Positions 24,611 to 32,569 of a DNA stretch of 59,652 nt are shown here, piece after piece. The first letter of the stretch is position 1, and every line of letters starts with the position of its first letter. The position numbers and the translations under genes were made by a program. The DNA comes from Gemmatimonadales bacterium (GTDB lineage Bacteria; Gemmatimonadota; Gemmatimonadetes; Gemmatimonadales; GWC2-71-9): positions 1 through 59,652 of the forward strand of contig DASUFQ010000123.1 of assembly GCA_036274515.1 (NCBI GenBank), written 5' to 3'. The notes under the pieces are model-generated. The model saw nothing but the letters and a program-made list of their open reading frames with translations, searched no databases and was not told the DNA's origin.

Positions 24611-25542
24611 GCATCGATACGACGAAGGGGATCGCCGGGCTGAAGGGGGCGCTGCGGTACGTCCGCGCCTATCGCGACCAGGTGTTCGTGGTCAAGCTCG
24701 GCGGGGAGGTGCTGGCCGACCCGCGCGCCGTCGACGGGATCGCGGCGCAGGTGTCGCTGCTCTCCAGCCTCGGCATCCGGGTGGTGGTGGTGCACGGCGG
24801 CGGCCCGCAGGGGACCGCCCTGAGCCGGCGGCTCGGCCACGAGCCGCGGATCGTCGCCGGACGGCGAGTCACCGACGACAACGGGCTGGCCGTGGCCAAG
24901 ATGGTCTACGCCGGGCAGCTGAACGTCGACCTGCTTGCGTCGCTGCGCGCGCACGAGGCGCAGGCCGTCGGGTTGAGCGGCGTGGACGCCGACCTGATCA
25001 CGGCGCATCGCCGGCCGCCAGTGCAGATGGTCAACGACGCCGGGTCGATCGAATCGGTGGACTTCGGCCATGTGGGCGACCTCGACGGCGTCGATCCCCG
25101 CGTGCTCGTCACCCTCCTCGAGGCGCGTTTCGTGCCGGTGGTGGCGAGCCTGGCGGGCGACGGGGACGGCAACGTCTTCAACGTGAACGCCGACACCGTC
25201 GCCGAGTCGCTCGCCGTGGCCCTGCGGGCGCAGAAGCTGATTTTCCTGACCGGGGCGCCGGGCGTGCTCCGCGACCGCGAGGACCCGGCCAGCCTGGTCG
25301 CCTTCGCCGACCCCGACGACCTGTCTGGCCTGCTCGCGAGCGGCGCGGTGGCCGGGGGCATGCGCCCGAAGGTGGAGGCGTGCCTCCGCGCGGCGGCTGG
25401 CGGCGTCGAGCGCACCCACATCATCGACGGCCGGGTGCCCGACGCGATCCTGCTCGAGGTGTTCACCGGGGCGGGGTGCGGCACGATGATCGTGGGCCGA
25501 AAGGAGAAGGCGACCTATCTCGACGTCGACCTGGCCGACTGA
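24607..25542 (+). CDS. argB: Acetylglutamate kinase
   Basis: Trimmed from 23995 to GTG 24607 (GTGA overlap). VVKLGGEVL, VVVHGGGPQ, NVNADTVA. Confidence 0.9.
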   Translation: MSIDTTKGIAGLKGALRYVRAYRDQVFVVKLGGEVLADPRAVDGIAAQVSLLSSLGIRVVVVHGGGPQGTALSRRLGHEPRIVAGRRVTDDNGLAVAKMVYAGQLNVDLLASLRAHEAQAVGLSGVDADLITAHRRPPVQMVNDAGSIESVDFGHVGDLDGVDPRVLVTLLEARFVPVVASLAGDGDGNVFNVNADTVAESLAVALRAQKLIFLTGAPGVLRDREDPASLVAFADPDDLSGLLASGAVAGGMRPKVEACLRAAAGGVERTHIIDGRVPDAILLEVFTGAGCGTMIVGRKEKATYLDVDLAD

Positions 25543-25549
25543 GGTCGAG

Positions 25550-26596
25550 CTGCTGCGGCAGCTGGTTGCCATCCCGTCGATCAGCGGGGAGGAGGCGGCC
25601 GTCGCCGATTTCGTCGAGCGCACCGCACGCGCCGCCGGGTTGCCGGTCGTGTGCGACCCGGCCGGGATCTCGATCCGGGTTGCCGGAGCGGCGCCGGGCC
25701 CGACGCTCGCGCTGGTTTCGCACTTGGATGTTGTCCCTCCCGGCGATGGCTGGACGCGCGATCCCTTCGCCCCCGTCATCGAGGCCGGCCGGCTCTACGG
25801 GCGAGGGTCCGGGGACGCGAAGGCATCGGTGGCGGCGATGGTCACCGCTGCGCGGGACGTGGCCGACGGCGGAGGCCCGGCGCGCGGAGACCTGCTGGTC
25901 CTGCTCGGCTTCGGCGAGGAGACCCGGCAGACCTCGATGCCGGCGCTGGTGGCCCGCGCCGGCCCGGTCGACGCCGCCATCGTCGGCGAACCGACCGACC
26001 TGGACTTTGCGGTCGCACAGCGGGGGCTGATGATGGTGGACCTCGTGGCCGCAGGCGAGCAGCGCCACGCCGGCCGGGCGTCGGAGGATGGTCCGTTCAC
26101 CAACGCGCTCACGGCCCTCGCCCGCGATCTAGTCCTGCTCGATGGGCTCTTCCTCGACCGGCCGCACCCGGTGCTGGGGCACCCCACCGTCACCGCCACC
26201 ATGGTGAGCGCGGGCGTCAGCCGGAACGTGACCCCTCCCGCCGCGACGGCGATTCTCGACGTGCGGAGCACGCCGAGCTGGAGCCATGCCGAGTTGGCCG
26301 AGGGCCTCCGGTCAGCGCTGGCGAGCGAGGTCCTCGTGACCTCCGACCGGCTCGTGCCCTGTGAAACGCCCGCCAGGTCGAGGCTCCTCGCCGCCTGCGA
26401 GTCCCGCCGCCCCGGTGCCCGGCGGTACGGCAGCCCGACCTGTTCCGACTGGGTCTTCCTGCGGCACACCGACGCGGTGAAGTGCGGGCCGGGCACCAGC
26501 CGGCGCTCGCACACCGCCGATGAATGCGTCGACCTGTCGCAGGTCACGGCAGCCCGCGAATTCTACGCCTCCGTTGCCCGGGAGTACCTGCAATGA
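25550..26596 (+). CDS. argE: M20-family deacylase (acetylornithine deacetylase / succinyl-DAP desuccinylase-like); start codon uncertain
   Basis: The track ORF starts at TTG 25640, but the same frame upstream encodes EVELLRQLVAIPSISGEEAAVADFVERTARAAGL, a typical M20 N-terminus. There is no ATG/GTG/TTG in this frame between the stop at 25487 and 25640. I placed the start provisionally at CTG 25550. Core motifs: SHLDVVPPG, GRGSGDAKA, GEE. Confidence 0.7.
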   Translation: MLRQLVAIPSISGEEAAVADFVERTARAAGLPVVCDPAGISIRVAGAAPGPTLALVSHLDVVPPGDGWTRDPFAPVIEAGRLYGRGSGDAKASVAAMVTAARDVADGGGPARGDLLVLLGFGEETRQTSMPALVARAGPVDAAIVGEPTDLDFAVAQRGLMMVDLVAAGEQRHAGRASEDGPFTNALTALARDLVLLDGLFLDRPHPVLGHPTVTATMVSAGVSRNVTPPAATAILDVRSTPSWSHAELAEGLRSALASEVLVTSDRLVPCETPARSRLLAACESRRPGARRYGSPTCSDWVFLRHTDAVKCGPGTSRRSHTADECVDLSQVTAAREFYASVAREYLQ

Positions 26597-27990
26597 CCCG
26601 CCGCCGACCGCCCCCACGGACCCTCTGGTCCGCGGCCGAAGATTCCGATCGCACCATGCTCGATTACACGGTCGGTGAGGATCGGCTGTGGGACATGCGG
26701 ATCCTCGCCTGGGACATCTACGGCAGCCTGGGGCATGCGGAGGGGCTCCGCGCGGCGCGGCTGCTGAGCGCCACGGCGCACGCGAAACTGCGCGCCGCGC
26801 TTCGCCGTGCCCTCCGGGAGGTGGAGGCGGGGGCGCTGGTGGTGGATCTGGTGCACGAGGACGCCCACAGCGCGGTCGAGGACTGGCTGACGCAGCGGCA
26901 CGGCGTCGTGGGGGAGCAGCTGCACACCGGCCGCTCGCGGAACGACCAGATCGCCTGCGACCTGCGCCTCTTCCTCAAGGAGCAGCTGCTGGACCTCCAC
27001 GAGCTGGCTGCCGACCTCTGCGACGCGCTGCTCGCCCTCGCCCGCGCGCACCAGGCGCAGCTCTGGCCCGGCCACACCCACACGCGGCGTGCGATGCCCT
27101 CGTCGGTCGGCCTCTGGGCGGGGGCCTATGCCGAGGGGCTGCTCGACACCCTCGAGTCGCTCCCCGCCCTCTGGGCCCGGGTCGACCGGTCGCCGCTCGG
27201 CAGCGCGGCGGGCTACGGCGTGCCGCTTCCCCTCAACCGCGAGGCCGCGGCCCGCGCGCTCGGGTTTGCCTCGGTCGAGCACAACGTGGCGGCGGTGCAG
27301 CTCGGACGCGGCAAGCTCGAGGCCTCGGTGCTCGCCTGGTGCGGGGAGCTGGGGCACGACCTGGCGCGCTTCAGCGCCGATGTCATCCAGCTGAGCGCCG
27401 AGGAGTACGGTTACCTCGTCCTGCCCGCGCGCTTCGCCACCGGCTCCAGCGTCATGCCGCACAAGCGGAACCCCGACCTGTTCGAGCTGACTCGTGCGCG
27501 GGCGGCCTCGATCCGGGGCGACTATGCTTCCATCGTGCAGGTCGCCTCGGGCCTCACGGGGGGATACCACCGGGATTTCCAGCTGCTGAAGGAACCGCTC
27601 TTCCGCGGCCTGCAGCGCACCAGGGAGATGCTGGCGATGCTCGCGGTGGTCGTGCCCTCCCTCGGCGTCGACCCACAGCGCTGCGCGGCGGCGCTGGCGG
27701 GCGACGTGATGGCGACCGACGAGGTGATGCGGCGGGTCGAGGCGGGCACCCCGTTCCGCCGCGCCTATCGCGAGGTGGCGGCGGAGTTGAAGGCGGGGGC
27801 CCGCTTCCCGGCCCCCTCCCGGCGGGCGCTCCTGGCGCGGCGCCGCTCGACCGGCGGACTCGGCAACCTGGGGCTGGCCGGGGTGCGGGCCCGGGTGCGG
27901 AAGCGGCGGCAGTGGGGACGGCAGCAGCGGCGGCGGTTCGAGGGGGCCCTGCGGCGACTCGCCGGCGGCGGCCCGGAGAGGAGACTGTGA
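26593..27990 (+). CDS. argH: Argininosuccinate lyase
   Basis: Trimmed from 26524 to ATG 26593 (ATGA overlap). TGRSRNDQ, GSSVMPHKRNPD. Confidence 0.95.
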   Translation: MTRRRPPPRTLWSAAEDSDRTMLDYTVGEDRLWDMRILAWDIYGSLGHAEGLRAARLLSATAHAKLRAALRRALREVEAGALVVDLVHEDAHSAVEDWLTQRHGVVGEQLHTGRSRNDQIACDLRLFLKEQLLDLHELAADLCDALLALARAHQAQLWPGHTHTRRAMPSSVGLWAGAYAEGLLDTLESLPALWARVDRSPLGSAAGYGVPLPLNREAAARALGFASVEHNVAAVQLGRGKLEASVLAWCGELGHDLARFSADVIQLSAEEYGYLVLPARFATGSSVMPHKRNPDLFELTRARAASIRGDYASIVQVASGLTGGYHRDFQLLKEPLFRGLQRTREMLAMLAVVVPSLGVDPQRCAAALAGDVMATDEVMRRVEAGTPFRRAYREVAAELKAGARFPAPSRRALLARRRSTGGLGNLGLAGVRARVRKRRQWGRQQRRRFEGALRRLAGGGPERRL

Positions 27991-28439
27991 GCACCGATCG
28001 GCGGCAGCGGCACCTGAAGATCCTCGAGCTCATCAGCACCAGCGAGCTGCGGACGCAGGAGGAAGTGGCAGCGGCCCTGGCCGACGCGGGATGGAAGGTC
28101 ACGCAGTCCTCGGTCAGCCGGGACATCGCGGCCCTCCGCCTCGTCAAGGTGAACGGGGCCTACCGTCGTCCCGTGGTGGTGGCCCGGCCCTCGGACGACC
28201 CGGACCTCCGGCGGATCGCGGAGGCGCTGATCGGCGTCGACACCGCCGGCGATGCCCTCGTCGTGCTGCGCACGCCGCCGGGCGAGGCCAGCCCGGTCGG
28301 CGCCGCCCTCGACCGGCTCGCGTGGGCCGGGGTCGTGGGCACCATCGCCGGCGACGACACGATCCTGGTGGCGGTGAGCGACGCGGCGGCGCAGCGCGCC
28401 GTGATGCGCGAGCTCCGCAAGGTGGCGGCGCTCCGTTGA
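27987..28439 (+). CDS. argR: Arginine repressor
   Basis: Trimmed from 26688 to GTG 27987 (GTGA overlap). N-terminal wHTH (RQRHLKILELISTSELRTQEEVAAALADAGWKVTQSSVSRDIAAL). C-terminal GTIAGDDTILV motif. Confidence 0.9.
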   Translation: MSTDRRQRHLKILELISTSELRTQEEVAAALADAGWKVTQSSVSRDIAALRLVKVNGAYRRPVVVARPSDDPDLRRIAEALIGVDTAGDALVVLRTPPGEASPVGAALDRLAWAGVVGTIAGDDTILVAVSDAAAQRAVMRELRKVAALR

Positions 28440-28470
28440 GCCGGCATTCGGGCCGAAGGGCGGAGCGCTG

Positions 28471-28836
28471 ATGGCGCGCACGACCTTCATCGAGCACCGG
28501 GGGGTGCGGATTGCCCACCTCAACTTCGCGCAGGTCGCGTCGGCCGATGAGGCGCTGGCCGCGATCGAGGAGGCGGGCCGGGTGGTGCAGGCGGAGCCGC
28601 TCCGCAGCGTGCGCACGCTGACGGATGTCACGGGCAGCCGGTTCAATGGTGATGTCCTGGAGGCGGTCAAGCGGCTGGCGGCCAACAACCGGCCGCACGT
28701 GATCGCCGGGGCGATCGTCGGCCTGTCCGGTCTGCAGAAGGTGGTCTACACCACGGTCATGCGGTTCTCGAAGCGCAACATCCCGGTCTTCGTCGACATC
28801 GAGGCGGCCAAGAACTGGCTGGTGGAACAGGACTGA
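28471..28836 (+). CDS. Small STAS/SpoIIAA-like hypothetical protein
   Basis: 121-aa ORF with good GC3 bias. Its pattern resembles STAS-fold DUF proteins. Weak assignment. Confidence 0.45.
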   Translation: MARTTFIEHRGVRIAHLNFAQVASADEALAAIEEAGRVVQAEPLRSVRTLTDVTGSRFNGDVLEAVKRLAANNRPHVIAGAIVGLSGLQKVVYTTVMRFSKRNIPVFVDIEAAKNWLVEQD

Positions 28837-28840
28837 CCGG

Positions 28841-29857
28841 CTACCGCGCCTCGCGCGCCGCCGCCCCGCCGAACCGCACCGCCGTCATTTCCGCCACGAT
28901 CGCCAGCGCCGTTTCCGCGGGAGTCCGCCCGCCAAGGTCGAGCCCGATCGGGCCGTGCAGCCGGGCGAGTTGCTCCTCCGAAACCCCGTCCGCCAGCAGC
29001 CGCGCGCGGCGGCTCGCCTGGGTCTTCTTCGAGCCGATGGCCCCCACGTACATCGCCGGCGAGCGCAGCGCGATGAGGAGCGCCGGGTCGTCGAACTTCG
29101 GGTCGTGGGTCAGCACCACGACGGCGGTGCCCGAGTCGATGCCTGCCCGGGCGAACGCCTCCTCAGGCCAGGCCAGGATGAGCTCGTCGGCGGTGGGGAA
29201 GCGGTCCCGTGACAGGAAGGCGGGCCGTCCGTCGGCCACGATGGTGTGATACCCGAGGGCGCGCGCCATCGGGACCAGCTCCGCCGCGATGTGCACGCCG
29301 CCGAAGACGACCAGCCGCTTCGGCCGCGGGAATGCCTCGAGGAACACCGCCTGCTCGACGCCGTCGACCGGCAGCCGGGTGGACCGTGAGCGGCCGGAAC
29401 GGAGCGCCTCCGCCACGGCGTCGGCGGTCGCCGCGTGGTCGGGCGTCGCCGCCTCGGTGAAGGTGACGGTGGTGCCGATGCCCGGTCCCTCCAGCACGGT
29501 GCCGACCACGACGCCGCCGGGGCCGCGCGCGGCCGCCAGCACATCCGCGGCGACCGCCGGCTCCACCAGGACCTCCAGGGTGCCGCCGCAGGCCAGTCCG
29601 ACCTCCCAGGCCCGCTCGTCGCTCACGCCGTAGCGCACCAGCCCCGCCTCCCCCCGCGCAATCGCCGCGCGCACCGATTCCGCCACCGCCGCTTCCACGC
29701 ACCCGCCGGACACGCTGCCCGCCATCCGGCCGCTGGCGGTGACCAGCAGGCTCGCCCCTTCCGCCTGGGGAGCGGACCCCCACACGGAGGTCACGACGGC
29801 GCGCCCCACCGGCTCGAGGGCCCGGAACCGGTCGTAGTCGCCGAGGAGGTTGCGCAT
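28841..29857 (-). CDS. xdhC: XdhC/CoxI-family accessory protein (Rossmann-like C-terminal domain)
   Basis: Trimmed from track ORF 28841..31453 to ATG 29857. SVWGSAPQAEGASLLV...GSVSGGCVE (XdhC_CoxI N-domain). RLVVFGGVHIA...VVVLTHDPKFDDPAL...YVGAIGSKKT...GPIGLDLGG (XdhC_C). Confidence 0.85.
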   Translation of the reverse strand: MRNLLGDYDRFRALEPVGRAVVTSVWGSAPQAEGASLLVTASGRMAGSVSGGCVEAAVAESVRAAIARGEAGLVRYGVSDERAWEVGLACGGTLEVLVEPAVAADVLAAARGPGGVVVGTVLEGPGIGTTVTFTEAATPDHAATADAVAEALRSGRSRSTRLPVDGVEQAVFLEAFPRPKRLVVFGGVHIAAELVPMARALGYHTIVADGRPAFLSRDRFPTADELILAWPEEAFARAGIDSGTAVVVLTHDPKFDDPALLIALRSPAMYVGAIGSKKTQASRRARLLADGVSEEQLARLHGPIGLDLGGRTPAETALAIVAEMTAVRFGGAAAREAR

Positions 29858-29862
29858 CGCGC

Positions 29863-31404
29863 CTACCGGTTCCGGCCGTACTGCTCGTGGCTCGACACCC
29901 AGTCCGACGACGAGATCGCCGAGGCGAGGGAGATTTCCCCCGCGAGCACCACGCCGGCGATGATCTCGGCGAGCTTGTTGACCTTGCCGCGGCCCCGGCA
30001 GCCCAGCACCTCCAGGCATTCGCTCTGGGTGGGGAGCCCGGTCCCGCCCCCGTGGGTGGCGATGATGAGGGAGGGGATGGTGATCGAGAGGTACATGTCG
30101 CGCGACTTGGTGAGCTCGGCGTAGAGAATCGCCGCGGAGGATTCGGCCACGTTGGCCACGTCCTGGCCGGTGGCGATGAAGAGCGCGGTGATGCCGTTGG
30201 CGGAATGCGCGCCGTTGTTGTTGGCGCCGCTGATGAAGGCGCCGACGTTGGCCACGCCGTGGTGGTAGACCAGGCTCTCCGGCTCGACCCGCATCTGCTG
30301 GATCAGGACGTCCCGCGGCACCGTCACCTCGGCGGTCACGCGCTTGCCGCGGGTGCGCATCACGTTGATCTGCGATGCCTTCTTGTCGGTGGCGAAGTTC
30401 GATTCGAGGTAGAAATGGGCGATCCCGGCGTAGTTGTCGAGGATCCAGCTGCAGGCGGCAAAGGTGGCGCGCCCCACCATGTTCTGGCCGGCCGCGTCGC
30501 CGGTGCTGTAGTTGAACCGCAGGAAGACGAACTTGTTCGACTGGTAGGGGTCGACATACTGCAGCTTGGCGACGCTCGACGTCGCTTCGGCCTCCTCCCG
30601 GATCTTCGGCATCTGCTCGTGCACCCATGCGACGAATTCCCGCCCCGCCCGCGCGTCCTCGAACACGAAGACCGGCGCCCGCTGCATGGCGTCGCCCACG
30701 ACGGTGCACCGGACGCCGCCCGACAGGTTGATGACCTTGATCCCGCGGTTGTACGAGGCGACCAGGGTGCCCTCCGACGTCGCCATCGGGACCAGGAAGT
30801 CGCCTTTCGCGTGCTCGCCGACGATCGTGATCGGGCCGGCGATCCCGAGCGGCACCTGCGCCACCCCGACGAAATGCTCGCAATTGCCCTTGGTCAGGTG
30901 CGGGTCGAACGAGTGCCGGGTCACATGGTCGAGCCGGGCGCCGGTCTCGTTCGTGATGAATTGCTGCCGCGCGGCGATCGCGGCGTCGCTGTAGTCGTCC
31001 TCGCCGTCCCGGGGGATCCGGACCAGCGACTGGGTGCCCTCCTGGATGGAGTCTTCCACGTCGAAGCTCAGCTTGCCGAAGCCCTTGGTCTTGACCGAGA
31101 GCGCGATGGTGTGCTTGCCCGGGCCGACCGGCGGGTGCTTGGCCACCAGCGAGAACACCGCCCCCACGGGGAACGCGATCGGGCTCCCGCCGGCGATGCT
31201 GTCGGCCGTGACGATGTGGTTGTCCGGCAGGTGGATCGCCACCTGGCTGAGCGGCACCGCCTGCCCGTCGATCGTCACCCCGAGCACGGCGGTGATGTCG
31301 ACGTTGCTGAGCCGATTCTTGATGCCGAAGCGCACCCCCTGTTCGACGTTGGCCAGGCTGCCGAGGGTGTAGAGCTTCTTGAGGAGCAGGGTCGGGATGA
31401 ACAT
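29863..31404 (-). CDS. Class-I-type HMG-CoA reductase homologue with ~130-aa N-terminal beta-rich extension
   Basis: Trimmed from track ORF 29863..32154 to ATG 31404. PMATSEGTLVAS, GDAAGQNM (vs DAMGxN), CEHFVGVAQVPLGIAGP (vs ENVIG), ATGQDVANVAES, C-terminal SSHEQYGRNR. Its stop lies only 5 nt from the xdhC-like start. Confidence 0.8.
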   Translation of the reverse strand: MFIPTLLLKKLYTLGSLANVEQGVRFGIKNRLSNVDITAVLGVTIDGQAVPLSQVAIHLPDNHIVTADSIAGGSPIAFPVGAVFSLVAKHPPVGPGKHTIALSVKTKGFGKLSFDVEDSIQEGTQSLVRIPRDGEDDYSDAAIAARQQFITNETGARLDHVTRHSFDPHLTKGNCEHFVGVAQVPLGIAGPITIVGEHAKGDFLVPMATSEGTLVASYNRGIKVINLSGGVRCTVVGDAMQRAPVFVFEDARAGREFVAWVHEQMPKIREEAEATSSVAKLQYVDPYQSNKFVFLRFNYSTGDAAGQNMVGRATFAACSWILDNYAGIAHFYLESNFATDKKASQINVMRTRGKRVTAEVTVPRDVLIQQMRVEPESLVYHHGVANVGAFISGANNNGAHSANGITALFIATGQDVANVAESSAAILYAELTKSRDMYLSITIPSLIIATHGGGTGLPTQSECLEVLGCRGRGKVNKLAEIIAGVVLAGEISLASAISSSDWVSSHEQYGRNR

Positions 31405-31516
31405 GCCGGGGGTCTCCAGGAGGGTCGGGGCCGGCCGGGCCAGGCCCGGGCAACCCCCGGTATCTATCACGGATGCAACGACTTCGCCACCGGGGCCGGC
31501 GGCGACGGGAGCCCCA

Positions 31517-31565
31517 TTGCCGCAGCGCGGCAATTCGGGGTTGACATTTTGCCGCAGTGCGGTAT
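31517..31565. promoter_or_regulatory. Two copies of a TTGCCGCAG(C/T)GCGG(C/T)A(A/T) dyad; candidate PhaR operators
   Basis: Copy 1 (31517..31533), TTGCCGC-AGC-GCGGCAA, is a perfect 7-bp inverted repeat. Copy 2 (31549..31565), TTGCCGC-AGT-GCGGTAT, lies between and over the -35/-10 hexamers of the phaR promoter. Confidence 0.5.
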
Positions 31566-31568
31566 TAT
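31541..31568 (+). promoter_or_regulatory. Sigma-70-type promoter for phaR (TTGACA-16 nt-TATTAT)
   Basis: TTGACA at 31541..31546 and TATTAT at 31563..31568. GGAGG at 31581..31585. GTG start at 31591. Confidence 0.65.
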
Positions 31569-31590
31569 TCGGCCACTCGAGGAGGCGCCC

Positions 31591-32079
31591 GTGGTTCGCC
31601 TGGTCAAGCGGTACGGCGGCGGCAGCCGCAAGCTCTACGACACCGAGGAAAGCCGGTACGTCTCGCTCGACGAGCTGGCGGACTGGGTGCGCGAGGGGCA
31701 GGAAGTCCGGGTGCTCGACAGCCGGTCCGGCGAGGACGTCACCCGCCAGGTGCTGGCCCAGATCATCCTGGACGGCGAAAAGCAGGGCCGGGCCCTCCTC
31801 TCCGCCGACCTCCTGCATGACGTGATCCGCCGGGGCGAGCAGGCGCTCCATGCCCGCGTGGAGCAGCTGCAGGAGGGGGTCGACCGGCTGGTCAAGGCCG
31901 GGGTCGATCACCTGCCGCCGGTCCGGGTGGCACGGGACGAAATGGACGCGTTGCGGGAGGGGATCGCCGGGCTCGAACAGGCGCTCCGCGAGCTGGAGGA
32001 CCTCCCGCCCTCGCGCCGGGCGCGGACGCCGAAGTCCCGGACGAAATCGAGCGCCCGGCGCCGCCGGGCTGAGGAATAG
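31591..32079 (+). CDS. phaR: Polyhydroxyalkanoate synthesis repressor PhaR
   Basis: Trimmed from track ORF 29887..32079 to GTG 31591. VVRLVKRYGGGSRKLYDTEESRYVSLDELADWVREGQEVRVLDSRSGEDVTRQVLAQIILD matches the conserved PhaR N-terminus (I.KY.NRRLYDT..S.Y..L). Confidence 0.85.
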   Translation: MVRLVKRYGGGSRKLYDTEESRYVSLDELADWVREGQEVRVLDSRSGEDVTRQVLAQIILDGEKQGRALLSADLLHDVIRRGEQALHARVEQLQEGVDRLVKAGVDHLPPVRVARDEMDALREGIAGLEQALRELEDLPPSRRARTPKSRTKSSARRRRAEE

Positions 32080-32147
32080 CAGCGCACAGGGGCAGTCTGA
32101 CACCAGAACCGACGGGCCGCGCCGCGGCCCGACACCAGGAGGAACGC

Positions 32148-32558
32148 ATGGCACGCACCAATCGCAGCATCACCGCGCTCACCGTCAAGGACAACGCGCA
32201 GCACATCTGGCTCGCCGGCCTCGGCGCCCTGGCCACCGCGGGGGAAGAGGGGAACCGGGTCTTCGAGGACCTGGTCGAGAAGGGCGCCAAGCTGGAGAAG
32301 ACCGGCCGCGCACGGCTCGAGAAGGTCCTGACCAAGGCCCAGGGCCGCGCCCGCACCCTGCGGGGCGAGGCGCAAGGCGCCATCGGCCGCGTCTCGGCGC
32401 CGATCGATGCCGGGGTCTCGACCGCCCTGCACAAGCTTGGTATCCCGACCCGCAAGGAAATCCTGGCCCTCACCCGCCGGGTCGAGGAGCTGACCCGTAC
32501 GGTGCAGTCGGCCAAGAAGCGGCCGGCCAAGAAGGCCACCCGCCGGTCCAGCCGCTAG
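32148..32558 (+). CDS. Phasin (PHA-granule-associated protein, PhaF/PhaI-N-terminal type)
   Basis: IWLAGLGALATAGEEGNRVFEDLVEKGAKLE...LGIPTRKEILALTRRVEELTRTV, with a lysine/arginine-rich tail. Confidence 0.8.
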   Translation: MARTNRSITALTVKDNAQHIWLAGLGALATAGEEGNRVFEDLVEKGAKLEKTGRARLEKVLTKAQGRARTLRGEAQGAIGRVSAPIDAGVSTALHKLGIPTRKEILALTRRVEELTRTVQSAKKRPAKKATRRSSR

Positions 32559-32569
32559 GGCAGGGCGCC

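Noticed and set aside
29863-31404. Calling the HMGR homologue mvaA of a mevalonate pathway
   Set aside because: There is no HMG-CoA synthase, mevalonate kinase or decarboxylase in the window. The motifs are divergent and there is an extra N-terminal domain. I kept the call as a family-level homologue only.
32113-32131. GC hairpin CGGGCCGCG-C-CGCGGCCCG between phaR and the phasin gene as a terminator
   Set aside because: The palindrome is nearly loop-less and no U-tract follows. It may form an attenuating structure, but the evidence is insufficient to annotate it.
28841-32154. 870-aa and 763-aa minus-strand ORFs as single giant genes
   Set aside because: The N-terminal portions are junk extensions through upstream genes or intergenic DNA. 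I trimmed them to internal ATGs (29857 and 31404), where recognisable XdhC and HMGR homology begins.
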